Shown here piece by piece: positions 9,308 to 20,100 of a DNA stretch of 52,981 bases. The DNA comes from Alistipes sp. (lineage in GTDB: Bacteria > Bacteroidota > Bacteroidia > Bacteroidales > Rikenellaceae). A model generated the notes under the pieces. The model made no database searches. It was not told the DNA's origin and saw only the letters and a program-made list of their open reading frames with translations. Where the stretch lies: positions 1 to 52,981 of the forward strand of contig JAFXBB010000126.1 in NCBI GenBank assembly GCA_017521945.1, written 5' to 3'. A program made the position numbers and the translations under genes. Position 1 is the stretch's first letter, and each line of letters begins with the position of its first letter.

Positions 9308-11260
9308 TTAAATCTGACCCTCACCACGGAGATCCTCAATCTCAGCCTTATCAAGCATAGCCTCAACAGCTACACGCTGCATCTGGCTCTCGCGCTGAGT
9401 CATCTCAGGAGTGCGCTCAGTATCGATAGTTGCAGGGTCAACCTCACCGTTGATAGCGTCAACAACGAATACGAATGCTGCGCTGTTACCCTTAACCTTT
9501 GTCTCGACACCTGTCTCGCGAGTGCGTGCGATAGCACCTACAAGAGCTGCCTCCCACTTACCGTCAACCATGTTGTCAGCGAACTTAACGCCAGAGAAGT
9601 TACCCTTCTCAGCACCCTCAATCTCAGCACCCATAGCGAGCTGTGAAGCGATAGCCTCATACTGCTTGTCACGCTTTAGGCGGCTCTCGATAGAGGCAAC
9701 ATTCTTAAGCTCATACTTATTCTCGTCGATAGATGTAACCATTACGACATTAATCACATTCTCACCGTGGAAGTACTTCTTAGCACCAACCTCTGCATCG
9801 TAAGCCCATACAGCGATGTTGCGAGAGTTCTCAATACCACGAACACCACGCTCACGACCCTGCATAGCTACATAGTCGTTACGGTTAGCTGTAGATGTGC
9901 GTACCTGATAGTGCGCAGCGTTAGCAGCCTCATTGAAGCTCTCGGCAGTCTCACCAGCTGCAGCAACGAAATCCTCAACGCTCTTAACGATATCGCGGTT
10001 AGTCTTCTCGCTTGCCTTAACGCTCTTTTTAACATCTGCAGTAAGAACGAAACGCTCAACATCACCAAGCTTAGTTATCTTAGCGACAGCTGGCTTGTGG
10101 TTGTAAGAGATAACAACGATATCGCCCACCTTCTTACCTAAGAAGTTCTTAGCCTCGCTCTCGCTCATGCTTGCCATCTCGCGGCTATCGGTAGATGTCT
10201 CAACAGCCTCCTCAAGCTTAGCGAAGTCGCCACCTACAGCCTTAAGAGCCTCAGCCACCTCGTTAGCCTTAACGATGTTCTCAACAACTGCTACCTCAAA
10301 GTCGTATGATGCAGGAGCCTTAACATCAGAGATAACATACGAAGCTGTCCAAGTATCATTCTCGAATACAGGACCATAGTTCTTACCAGCCTTTACTGCC
10401 TCTGCAACCTCAGCATCAAGTGAAGAGTAGAGTTTGTAAGTATCAGCCTTACCACCGATAGCGCGTACAGCCTGCTTGATAGCCTCAGAGTTGCCATTAG
10501 CCTCCTTTACAGCCTTGTCAACACCCATAACCTGCTCCTCAGCTGCTGCCAAATCCTCAGCCGTTGGAGCAATCTCGAATGTTACATAACGCAAAGTGCG
10601 TGCGCCATAGTTTCTATTCTCAGCCTTGTTAGCCTCGTAGTAAGCATCAATCTCAGCCTCTGAAACCTCAACCTCAGGCATAGCCTTGTAAGGAACCATC
10701 ACATAGCGACCATCGAATGTGAGCTTATCACCACGCAAAGCATCCTCAACCTCAAGACGGTTTACATAGTTACCTGCAGCGTAGGTCTTAGTGAACTTCT
10801 CATAAGCGAGGTTCATATCGATAGTTGCAAGGTTTGAAACCCACTGATTTTGAACCATCATCTTAATCTGGTCTGCTGGCCAGCCATACATCTGATACAT
10901 GGCAGCTGCCTGCTCACTGAACACCTTAGCATAGGCACGGATATCAGCCTCAGCCACGCCCAAACCTACAGCCTCAAGAGCTGGACGAGTGTAGAGATTG
11001 AAGATAGCTGCCTGCTCTGCATAGTCAGACTTTGCATCCTCAGCGAGGTTAGCCTCGCGGTACATCTCCATGTACTCTGCATACTTAGAGGCCTTAACCT
11101 CCTCACCATTAACCGTCATTACGGTTGTATCCTCTGGAATATCAGCCTTACGACCCTGCATAGAGAGCTGATCACCAAGGATAAACGCTACAAGTACAAG
11201 TGCAATCACCACTGAAAGGATGATGCCGTACTTTGTTCTCAAAGTGTTTAATGTTGCCAT
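9308..11260 (-). CDS. PpiD-like periplasmic chaperone (SurA N-terminal domain family)
   Basis: MATLNTLRTK + TM + AFILGD start and IEDLR end typical of Bacteroidetes PpiD; usual position after the HlyC/CorC gene. Confidence 0.8.
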   Translation of the reverse strand: MATLNTLRTKYGIILSVVIALVLVAFILGDQLSMQGRKADIPEDTTVMTVNGEEVKASKYAEYMEMYREANLAEDAKSDYAEQAAIFNLYTRPALEAVGLGVAEADIRAYAKVFSEQAAAMYQMYGWPADQIKMMVQNQWVSNLATIDMNLAYEKFTKTYAAGNYVNRLEVEDALRGDKLTFDGRYVMVPYKAMPEVEVSEAEIDAYYEANKAENRNYGARTLRYVTFEIAPTAEDLAAAEEQVMGVDKAVKEANGNSEAIKQAVRAIGGKADTYKLYSSLDAEVAEAVKAGKNYGPVFENDTWTASYVISDVKAPASYDFEVAVVENIVKANEVAEALKAVGGDFAKLEEAVETSTDSREMASMSESEAKNFLGKKVGDIVVISYNHKPAVAKITKLGDVERFVLTADVKKSVKASEKTNRDIVKSVEDFVAAAGETAESFNEAANAAHYQVRTSTANRNDYVAMQGRERGVRGIENSRNIAVWAYDAEVGAKKYFHGENVINVVMVTSIDENKYELKNVASIESRLKRDKQYEAIASQLAMGAEIEGAEKGNFSGVKFADNMVDGKWEAALVGAIARTRETGVETKVKGNSAAFVFVVDAINGEVDPATIDTERTPEMTQRESQMQRVAVEAMLDKAEIEDLRGEGQI

Positions 11261-11298
11261 AAAAATTTATTTTTTATCATTGTTGTCATTTAAGCCAC

Positions 11299-11306
11299 CA
11301 AAGATA
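11299..11306 (-). promoter_or_regulatory. sigma-A -7 element
   Basis: TATCTTTG on minus strand upstream of ppiD-like gene. Confidence 0.55.
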
Positions 11307-11342
11307 GTAATTTTTTATTAAATATAACGCATTTAGCACAAA

Positions 11343-12590
11343 TTATTTACACCGAACCTCCACAAGGTCAAGACGCGATCCCTCACGCCTTAGAATTTTT
11401 ATGGTGAACTGCTCATTCTCCAAGACCTCACCTTCGACTGGAATACCGCCCTTCTCGGTAATGATATAGCCCGCAAGAGTATCATACTCCTCGCTCTCTG
11501 GAATACCAAGATTATACTCCTCATTGAGATACTCAACCTCAAGACGCGAAGAGAAGTGCCATGAACGCTCACCTATGGCTCTCTCCACCAACTCCTGCAC
11601 ATCATGTTCATCCTCAATATCTCCAAAAATCTGCTCCAAGACATCCTCCAAAGAGATGATACCAGCAGTACCACCGAACTCATCGATAACCACCGCAATG
11701 CTCGCCTTACGCTTGGTGAAGGTCTCCAACATCGCCTGAAGGGGCATGGTCTCAGCTACATATATCGTCTTTATGAGGATATCCGAGATAGACTTAGGAT
11801 TTTCAAAAAGACTCTTGGAGTTAACATAACCGATGATATTATCAATCGTATCGTGCCATACGAAGATGCGCGAATAATTGGTCTCGACAAAGCGTTGTGT
11901 AAGCTCCTCGACAGATGTTGACTCAAGGTCTACAGCCTCAACATCGACGCGTTGCACCATACAGTCACGCACTCGAAGGTCGGCAAAGTCCAAAGCGTTC
12001 TGAAAGAGGCGTATATCCTCCTCGTCCTCCTCATCTACAGCCACATTGTCAGCCTCGACCAACGATGCAAGGTCATCGCGATTAAACTCCGTAGGCTCTA
12101 TCCTATCCTCCACACGATTACCCGTAAGGCGCAGCAAACCATAGGATAACAGCGTAGTCATACGCGTAATTGGGTACAATATAATATAGAATAGGTATAT
12201 CACTGGCGAGAAGAGAGTGTAGTAGAAGTTGGGGTTACGACGCACCACCGATTTGGGAATATACTCTCCTATAAATATGATGACCACAGTGGAGATTATT
12301 GTTTGCAAAAGCGTATTATCAATACCCAATGCCATTAATAGAAGTTTGGACATGGACATTGAGTAGATGACCAAAGCGATATTGTTACCCACAAGAATTG
12401 TGGTAATATAGTTGCTTGATTTTCGTGAGAAGAGATCGGCAAGGTAGTTGAACATGGCACTCTGCTTACGGTCAATCTCCTCTCTAAGCCTATTACGACC
12501 CAGAAAGGCAATCTCCATACCTGAGAAAAATGCCGACAAAACAAGCATTACGACTATGCTTATTACAATCGAAAAAGTCTCTTCACCCAT
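11343..12590 (-). CDS. HlyC/CorC (CNNM-CBS-CorC) family transporter
   Basis: SAFFSGMEIAF, GEYIPK, VIDEFGGTAG, EQIFGDIEDEHD, YDTLAG. Confidence 0.93.
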   Translation of the reverse strand: MGEETFSIVISIVVMLVLSAFFSGMEIAFLGRNRLREEIDRKQSAMFNYLADLFSRKSSNYITTILVGNNIALVIYSMSMSKLLLMALGIDNTLLQTIISTVVIIFIGEYIPKSVVRRNPNFYYTLFSPVIYLFYIILYPITRMTTLLSYGLLRLTGNRVEDRIEPTEFNRDDLASLVEADNVAVDEEDEEDIRLFQNALDFADLRVRDCMVQRVDVEAVDLESTSVEELTQRFVETNYSRIFVWHDTIDNIIGYVNSKSLFENPKSISDILIKTIYVAETMPLQAMLETFTKRKASIAVVIDEFGGTAGIISLEDVLEQIFGDIEDEHDVQELVERAIGERSWHFSSRLEVEYLNEEYNLGIPESEEYDTLAGYIITEKGGIPVEGEVLENEQFTIKILRREGSRLDLVEVRCK

Positions 12591-12603
12591 CTCTATATAT
12601 CAA

Positions 12604-13566
12604 TTATTTCTCGACCATATCAGCAACTCCACTCTCTGCTGAACTGCTTAACTCCATCTTTTTAGGGGCGGAGTCATCCCCTATTCTTAGACTCTCACCT
12701 CGAGGTAGACCCCTATTTGGCGCACCTTCGCGCATAGAAGAGGTCGGTTTCATCTGCATAGCACCACTCTCAAGCTGCATATTACCAACAGGCATCTGCT
12801 CCGCAGGTCTGATAGGAGCCTCTGTTATGGGTTGTTGTTTGGATGCTACATCCCTCTTTACACCACTATCTCTGCTACTCCTATTGCCGCCCTTCTCTGC
12901 ATTATCCTTGCTCTTGTTACGCTCATCCTGCTTCTTGTCCTTCTCTTTGTTATCCTCATCGGGATTATCAGCAGGCTGGCTCATATCAAACTCCAACTCG
13001 GAGCTATACTTACGGAAGTGGATATTTTTAAGGTCGTCATCTGCATCGAAGCCCACACCAAAGTGCCAGCCATCAGCCTGCAATACCTTAGTATCGACAT
13101 TCGAATATATCTTTTTTGTTGTAGCGTTCCAGAATAGTTGTTGAGTATATACCTCTGTAAGACCCGTAACGGTCGTATCGCCATCCTTGCGGTCGCGGCG
13201 TATGACCACCACATTACCCTTGGCCTCCCACAACTTCTGACGCTCATAATATATGGCGTAATTGGCTGTGATTGTAACCTCTGGCAACGACAACGAATCG
13301 CTGTATGTCGTCATCTCGATACCGCGACGAAACTCCTGATAAGGGTTAGTTGCCAACCTGTAACCCTCCATAAGTGGAGAGGTGAATGTATAGGAGCGTT
13401 TACCATTCTCCATCATCGTTATCGTGCGGTGCTCGCTCGACTCTGTCATCAGAGTCTCATTATCGTAAGTTATGCTTTGTGACTTCTTACCACAAGAGAG
13501 TAGCAATGTAGCACTCCCCACTATGGAGAGTGCTAACACTGCATATCTTCTTATGTTCAAAATCAT
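12604..13566 (-). CDS. lptC: LPS export protein LptC with long C-terminal tail
   Basis: ITANYAIY, LWEAKGNVV, TQQLFWN, KKIYSN, GVGFDAD motifs of Bacteroidetes LptC; conserved operon position. Confidence 0.78.
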   Translation of the reverse strand: MILNIRRYAVLALSIVGSATLLLSCGKKSQSITYDNETLMTESSEHRTITMMENGKRSYTFTSPLMEGYRLATNPYQEFRRGIEMTTYSDSLSLPEVTITANYAIYYERQKLWEAKGNVVVIRRDRKDGDTTVTGLTEVYTQQLFWNATTKKIYSNVDTKVLQADGWHFGVGFDADDDLKNIHFRKYSSELEFDMSQPADNPDEDNKEKDKKQDERNKSKDNAEKGGNRSSRDSGVKRDVASKQQPITEAPIRPAEQMPVGNMQLESGAMQMKPTSSMREGAPNRGLPRGESLRIGDDSAPKKMELSSSAESGVADMVEK

Positions 13567-13597
13567 AAGCTAAATACCACTACGATTTTAATGTTAA

Positions 13598-14944
13598 TTA
13601 GCGGTAACGAACAGTAGTTGTCTGTCCCTTAGCGAAGCCACAAAGGATTGTGTAGCGATCACCTGCTGAAAGCTCAGCAAAGAAGCACTGCTCCTGTGGT
13701 GGGAATGCTGCACGATATGCGTTCATCAACTGCTGTGCTGCCTTCAAGATATCTGGGTCGTTCTTAAGGAGGTTAGCAGCCTGAGCCATAGCGTCGTACG
13801 CAGCCCAATATACTGTAGTACCACCTACCTTATCATCTGTACAAGGTGTTGATGCGTAGCACTGACCAAGGATGAAGTATGCAAAACCATTCTCTGGATT
13901 GATACCACGAAGTTCGCGTGCAGCCTCAGCAGCAGCAGCGTAGTTCTGACCAGCAATCTCGATAAGACCAATCTTTGCATAGAGTGGCTCCTTCTTTGCT
14001 GGATCTGTCTCTACGGCCAATGCCTCACGCAAGTACTTGAGAGCCTTGTCGTTCTCACCACGGGTCTGGAAGCCCTGAGCAAGGAACAATGCAGTCTCAG
14101 ATGATGGATTTACAGTGTAGTACTTCTCTGTTGTCGCGAAGAAGAAATCGCTTGAACACTGCGCGCGCGACATAAGAGCTACAGCCTGTGAAAGAAGAGC
14201 TGTGTTATCTGGGTCAGCCTCAAGTTTAGCAGAGAAGAGTGTCTCAAGGTTCTCGCAGCTTGCAGCACCACTTGTACCGAAGCTATTCTCGAAAATCTCC
14301 TTGTACTGCTCATCCTCAGCAGACACCTCTGCAAACAATGGTGATAGACGCTCATACTCAGCAAGTACCATCTCGCTGGTTACGCTATCATCATACTCAT
14401 AATCCTCGCAAAGATACTTGTAGTAAGATGCTACGATATCGAGGTTGATACGACCCGACTCAACAGCAGCATCCACAGCATCCTTCAAACCTGCACGAAG
14501 CAAAGGACGATCGGTGGTGCAGTAGCGAAGCATATCACGAGCCTTCATATCGAGGATATAATCCTTACCATTCTTTGAGTGGTTACCGAAGTAAACGACA
14601 CGCTGATCATAGATAAAGAGAACAGAGTCGATGAACATACGCTTCTGCTCAACGCTACGAGCGCGCTGTGCCTTGTTCTTATAGAGGGTCACACCACGAG
14701 CAAATGTCTGCTGCGAAGCCTCTGGACACTTCTCCAATAGCTGCTGGAAGTAGTGTGCAGCACGGTTGAAATCCTTAGCATCGAGTGCCTCCTTAAGGTA
14801 GTTGCTGGCAAGAATGTTCTCCTGACGCTCCTCAACAGTTGCGCCCCACTTACCATAGACCTTGTCGTCGCTAAAATCCTGTGCCGATACGCTGAAACCC
14901 ACGAACATCGCTACGGCAGCCAAAAGAAATTTTACGCTTTTCAT
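13598..14944 (-). CDS. secreted TPR-repeat protein
   Basis: Signal peptide, helical TPR-like repeats, conserved C-terminus (YWAAYD...TTVRYR). Confidence 0.8.
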   Translation of the reverse strand: MKSVKFLLAAVAMFVGFSVSAQDFSDDKVYGKWGATVEERQENILASNYLKEALDAKDFNRAAHYFQQLLEKCPEASQQTFARGVTLYKNKAQRARSVEQKRMFIDSVLFIYDQRVVYFGNHSKNGKDYILDMKARDMLRYCTTDRPLLRAGLKDAVDAAVESGRINLDIVASYYKYLCEDYEYDDSVTSEMVLAEYERLSPLFAEVSAEDEQYKEIFENSFGTSGAASCENLETLFSAKLEADPDNTALLSQAVALMSRAQCSSDFFFATTEKYYTVNPSSETALFLAQGFQTRGENDKALKYLREALAVETDPAKKEPLYAKIGLIEIAGQNYAAAAEAARELRGINPENGFAYFILGQCYASTPCTDDKVGGTTVYWAAYDAMAQAANLLKNDPDILKAAQQLMNAYRAAFPPQEQCFFAELSAGDRYTILCGFAKGQTTTVRYR

Positions 14945-15004
14945 AAGTTTTGTTATTAGTTTTAATTTATATTTTTAGTTATACAATTCATCTATAACAC
15001 GCTA

Positions 15005-16405
15005 TTAATCATACTTCTGCTGCACGAACCAATAGTCTGCCGTATCAGCCGAGAAGAGCGAGAATCCCAAGGTAAACTTAAACGAGTTTTGACCGATAAG
15101 TCCCACTTTTTTACCATCCACCTTAATTGGTTTGCCCGCAGACATTCTTCCATACTCAAAGCCTACATTCACAGTCGATATACCCCATATCTTGAGAGGA
15201 AGACCTATACCTGCTGTAATTGCAAGGGTATTTATCCTCTCACCGCCAAACGACTGATAGTAGTTACCAAGGCGCACACCAGCGCGGTAAGCCATACGAT
15301 TGAGATAGTTACGCACATCGCTCGAACGAGGTGTAATCTCAAAACCGAGTCTTATGCTATGGGTGTCTACATATCTCACATCAACCGTTGCAAGTGTCGT
15401 ATTCTCCAACTTTTTGGAGTTGCCCTCACCCCACGCAGCGAAGGTATAATCTGCACCCCATGCCACAGTTCTATTACGGAAGAAGAGACCAACGCCAATC
15501 TGATGTGGCACACGAAGCTCCATACTTCTAAGCTCATTGCGAATAGGGCTTGCTTGGATGCTGTTTATCACATTGTCAGTATAGACATAGCTCTCGCGCT
15601 TAGGTCTAAGCTCTCCACCAAAGTCGTATGTTGCACCAAGAGTAAATGTTCGTGTGTCGTTCTCTATTAGCGCCCACTGCATACCGACTTGAAATTTCAC
15701 ATTATTTACAACATAGCGGTCTGTACCCTTGGTAGAGGCATATATGCCTGAGCCAGTGATTATATCCGTAGCAACCGCCTTATAGTTGCGCGTCACACCA
15801 CCCCAATAGTACTTTGCAGCCACACCGATTGAGAACTTCTGCCATGGAGCCCAGCCATACGATAGCTTAACCTCGCTGATATCTCCCTCACCATCATAGC
15901 CATATCTCACACGACCGATATCTGCCCAAGTATTCTCATTTTGATCTGTGGTCTGAATCTTGTAACCCACACTGCTGTAAGGCGAAATGCTGAACGATAC
16001 TCCCATACGCTCCGCAACAGGGAAGGTTAGCGATATGCTATGGATATTTGCACCGTTATATACCGCCATTGCAGGCTTTGATAGTGCTACACCCTCAGCA
16101 TTGTACTTCTTCTGGCTGTTGCGATAGTGAGTACCATCAAAGCTTACATCAAAGAGAAAATTCTTCTGAGGTGCGATGCTGGCAGCTGCAGGATTAAGCG
16201 GATTTATCTGTCCATAGTTACGCACAGCGATACCTACGCCACCCATAGCTCGCATCTGTGCTGAGCCCGGAGTAAGTATTTCGCCCATGCCATACATCGA
16301 ATATGGAGAGTAGACATTGATACTACTTGTCTGCGCATATACCCCGAAAGGCATCAACAGAAGTAGCATCAAACCCCAAAATATGTATCTAATATCTCTT
16401 TGCAT
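15005..16405 (-). CDS. FadL/OmpP1-like outer-membrane beta-barrel protein
   Basis: Signal peptide from MQRDIR (16405), SPYSMYGMG, RAMGG, NPLNPA, amphipathic strands, C-terminal WFVQQKYD. Confidence 0.82.
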   Translation of the reverse strand: MQRDIRYIFWGLMLLLLMPFGVYAQTSSINVYSPYSMYGMGEILTPGSAQMRAMGGVGIAVRNYGQINPLNPAAASIAPQKNFLFDVSFDGTHYRNSQKKYNAEGVALSKPAMAVYNGANIHSISLTFPVAERMGVSFSISPYSSVGYKIQTTDQNENTWADIGRVRYGYDGEGDISEVKLSYGWAPWQKFSIGVAAKYYWGGVTRNYKAVATDIITGSGIYASTKGTDRYVVNNVKFQVGMQWALIENDTRTFTLGATYDFGGELRPKRESYVYTDNVINSIQASPIRNELRSMELRVPHQIGVGLFFRNRTVAWGADYTFAAWGEGNSKKLENTTLATVDVRYVDTHSIRLGFEITPRSSDVRNYLNRMAYRAGVRLGNYYQSFGGERINTLAITAGIGLPLKIWGISTVNVGFEYGRMSAGKPIKVDGKKVGLIGQNSFKFTLGFSLFSADTADYWFVQQKYD

Positions 16406-17123
16406 TATACTCCAAAATAGCTGTAAGTCCCATAATAATCGGCTCACAGTCTGCAAATATCGTGTTTTTAATTCTCTTTACAAAATATTTTGCGTCACCA
16501 CCCGTAAAAATTATGCGTTTTTTTCCATTTTCTTTAGAAAATGCCTCTACATAACCCCTGATTTCATGCTCAACACCACGCATTACGCCCTGTTCGATAG
16601 CTTCTCGCGTTGTGCGACCATACTCCAAAAGTTCATCTGTCGGCTCACACAACGGCAAACATGCAGTATAGTCAGCCAACGCCCTAAAGCGTGTGGTGAC
16701 ACCCGGCGAGATATTGCCTCCAAGGTATGTTCCACCCACAACATAATCGATGGTTATAGCTGTACCAAAATCCACAACCATAATATCGCTATCGGGAAAC
16801 ATCGCCCACGCACCCACTGCCGCAGCGAGCCTATCAGCACCCAATGTTTGCGGGGTATGGTATGCGTTTGCAATAGGCACAGGTGTGGTTGCGGGAGTAA
16901 ATAACAACACACTCTCAACCAACTCCTGCAATAGTGCCTTAACCTCTTCACCATTGCCCCTTGTTGTGGAGACTATAGCATGGCTAATATCCTGATACTT
17001 ATCGACTACATCTGCAACGCTCGCTCTACTAAGTTGCTCAACAGCCATATCGTAGACAATACTCCTACCATCCACGACAATGACCTTCGCACGCGTATTT
17101 CCTATATCGACAATCAAATACAT
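16389..17123 (-). CDS. coaX: type III pantothenate kinase
   Basis: DIGNT, LGADR, DFGTAIT, GGNISPG, TGGD. Confidence 0.96.
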   Translation of the reverse strand: MYLIVDIGNTRAKVIVVDGRSIVYDMAVEQLSRASVADVVDKYQDISHAIVSTTRGNGEEVKALLQELVESVLLFTPATTPVPIANAYHTPQTLGADRLAAAVGAWAMFPDSDIMVVDFGTAITIDYVVGGTYLGGNISPGVTTRFRALADYTACLPLCEPTDELLEYGRTTREAIEQGVMRGVEHEIRGYVEAFSKENGKKRIIFTGGDAKYFVKRIKNTIFADCEPIIMGLTAILEYNAKRY

Positions 17124-17137
17124 ACCCCCTTAGATTA

Positions 17138-20100
17138 TTACTCTCCGCTTGCCACCTTTGCCAACGAGCGCAACATCTCGACACCCTCGGCTATGGAGTA
17201 TATCTTCCTAACGGTCATCGAGAGTCGATTATTGTACTGCTTAACTACAAATCTGTCAGGCTCTGACACCACCCTACGAAGCATATTTAGGAAGGTGTCT
17301 GTCTTGAAAAATGGAGAGTTGTTATCACCCACAAAGCGCACTATCATAAGACCATTCTTGACCTTTACATGCTCCATACCGAGATTTATCGCCTCACGGC
17401 GTAGCTTAACGACATCGATAAGCTCTCTTACAGGCTGTGGCACAGCTCCAAATCTATCCTGCAGGCGCTCCAAAAGAGCCTCGAACTGAGCATCATCCTT
17501 CATGCCGTCAATCTCTCTGTAGAGGCGTAGTTTCTCACTCTGCGAGCGTACATAACTATCTGGAATTGAGGCATCAATATCGATATCAATCGTTGCATCA
17601 TCCACAAACGAGATATCGCGCATTGCGTCATTCTCAGCCTGCGACAAGCCCGAAGTATCAAGACCCTCGGCACGAAGCTCCGAGATGGCTTGATTGAGTA
17701 TCTTCTGATAGGTCTCAATACCAACATCCGCAATAAAGCCACTCTGCTCAGCACCAAGCAGATTACCCGCACCACGAATATCCAAATCCTGCATGGCGAT
17801 ATTAAATCCAGAGCCAAGATCCGAAAACTCCTCAATGGCGCGCAATCTACGGCGTGCCTCATCACCCAAAAGTTCATTAGGTGGAGAGAGCAGATAGCAA
17901 AAACCCTTTCTATCCGAGCGACCCACACGACCGCGCAACTGATGCAAATCACCGAGACCAAAGCGGTGAGCATCGTCAATGATAATCGTATTTGCATTGG
18001 CTATATCGATACCATTCTCAATAATCGTCGTTGCCAACAACACATCAAACTCACCATAGATAAAATCCATAATCAGCTTTTCAAGCTGGTCTGCGGGCAT
18101 ACGACCATGACCAACCCCCACACGCGCCTTTGGACATAGTTTTACAATGAGCGCACGCATACTCTCCAAGTCCTCGACCCTATTGTGGACAAAAAATACC
18201 TGACCACCACGCGAAAGCTCCTCCTCGATGGCATCCTTAATAACCTCCTCTGAGAAGATATGCGACTCTGTGACAATAGGTTGTCTATTTGGCGGTGGGG
18301 TCGATATGATTGACAAGTCGCGCGAACCCATCAACGAGAACTGCAATGTACGAGGTATTGGCGTAGCGGTAAGCGTAAGTGTATCGACTGCCACGGATAT
18401 CTGTGTGAGTTTCTCCTTGGCTGCCACGCCAAATTTTTGTTCCTCGTCAATAATGAGCAATCCTAAGTCGTGAAATTCCAGCTGCTTGGATAGTATCTTA
18501 TGTGTGCCGATAAGGATATCTATCTTTCCCGACTTAAGCTCCTCGATTATGCGGCGCGTCTCCTTTGCCGACTTTGTACGGTTTATATACTCCACCGTTA
18601 CAGGCAGGTCGCGCAGGCGCTCCGAGAATGAACGATAGTGTTGTAGAGCAAGGATTGTCGTAGGCACAAGCACCGCCGTCTGCTTGCCGTCACACGCTGC
18701 CTTAAATGCCGCACGGATAGCCACTTCGGTCTTACCAAAGCCTACATCACCGCACACAAGACGATCCATTGGCTGGTCCGATTCCATATCCCTCTTCACT
18801 GCCGCTATGGCACTCTGCTGATCGGGCGTATCCTCCCACTTAAACGATGCCTCAAGCTCCTGCTGTAGGTACCCATCCTCCGAAAAGGCAAAGCCCTTCG
18901 AGGATTTACGCTTGGCATACAAGGCTATCAACTCACGCGATATATCCTTGACCGCCTTTTTTGTGGTATCCTTTAATTTCTGCCAAGCGCCATTACCAAG
19001 CTTATATATCTTCGGCGGCTCACCCTCACCACTCTTATAACGCGATATGCGGTGCAGAGCATGAACATTCACAAAAAGAATATCGTTATCCTTGTATATC
19101 AGCTTTATAGCCTCCTTCGTGCGACCATTCTCATTGAGCTTGACAAGACCTCCGAAGCGACCAACACCATGGTCGATATGGACAACAAAGTCACCTACTT
19201 TCAAAGCATTAAGTTCGGCGATGGTCATCTGCTCATCGCGCTTAATCTCTCCACGCAGACGATAGCGCTGATAGCGGTCAAATATCTGATGGTCCGTATA
19301 AACGCAGACCTTTAGGTCGTTATCGATAAAACCCTCATGCAGCACCAAATCCGCAGCCTTGAAGTCGACCTGCTTGCGCCCTACCTGATGGAATATATTT
19401 GTAAGTCGCTCTATCTGCGCCTTATTATGCGACAGAATTGTAGTCACATAACCTCGCTCCTTATTCCAGCGAATATCATCCGCCAGCATCTCGAAGTTAC
19501 GGTTAAAGGCTGGCTGTGGCGAGGTGTGGAATGTTATCGCTGAGTCTGCCTCACGCTCTCTGATATTATTCTTACTTAGAACGATATTTGAAGTCGTCAA
19601 ATCGGCAAGAAGTCGCTGCCGCGAGGTCACTCTCGTTGCAAAACCGCGCGCCTCCTCCTCGCTCGCTGCCATCTCCAAGAGACGCTTGCGAACATCGGCA
19701 ATCTTGCGCAGGGCAAAATCTCCATCCGAGAGCCACCATGTAGCCCCTGAGGCAAACTCCGCCAACGATACACGCTCCCCATCTTTCGATGTGTTCGGAA
19801 TGATAAATACCTCATCGGGACGCTCAGCCGAGAGCTGGCTCGATATATCAAATCTGCGCAACGAGTCTATCTCATCGCCAAAGAAGTCCACTCGATAAGG
19901 GCGCGACTCGGCATAGGAGAAGACATCGACAAGACCTCCACGCACAGAATACTGACCCGGCTCGTAGACAAACTCCACACGCACAAACCCATGCTCATTG
20001 AGCCACTCCACAAGGTCACTCTGTTTGAATGTATCACCCGTACGAAGATGCAACGATAGCTCATCAAGGTTTACACGCGCTGTAACCGTCTCGGCTAAAG

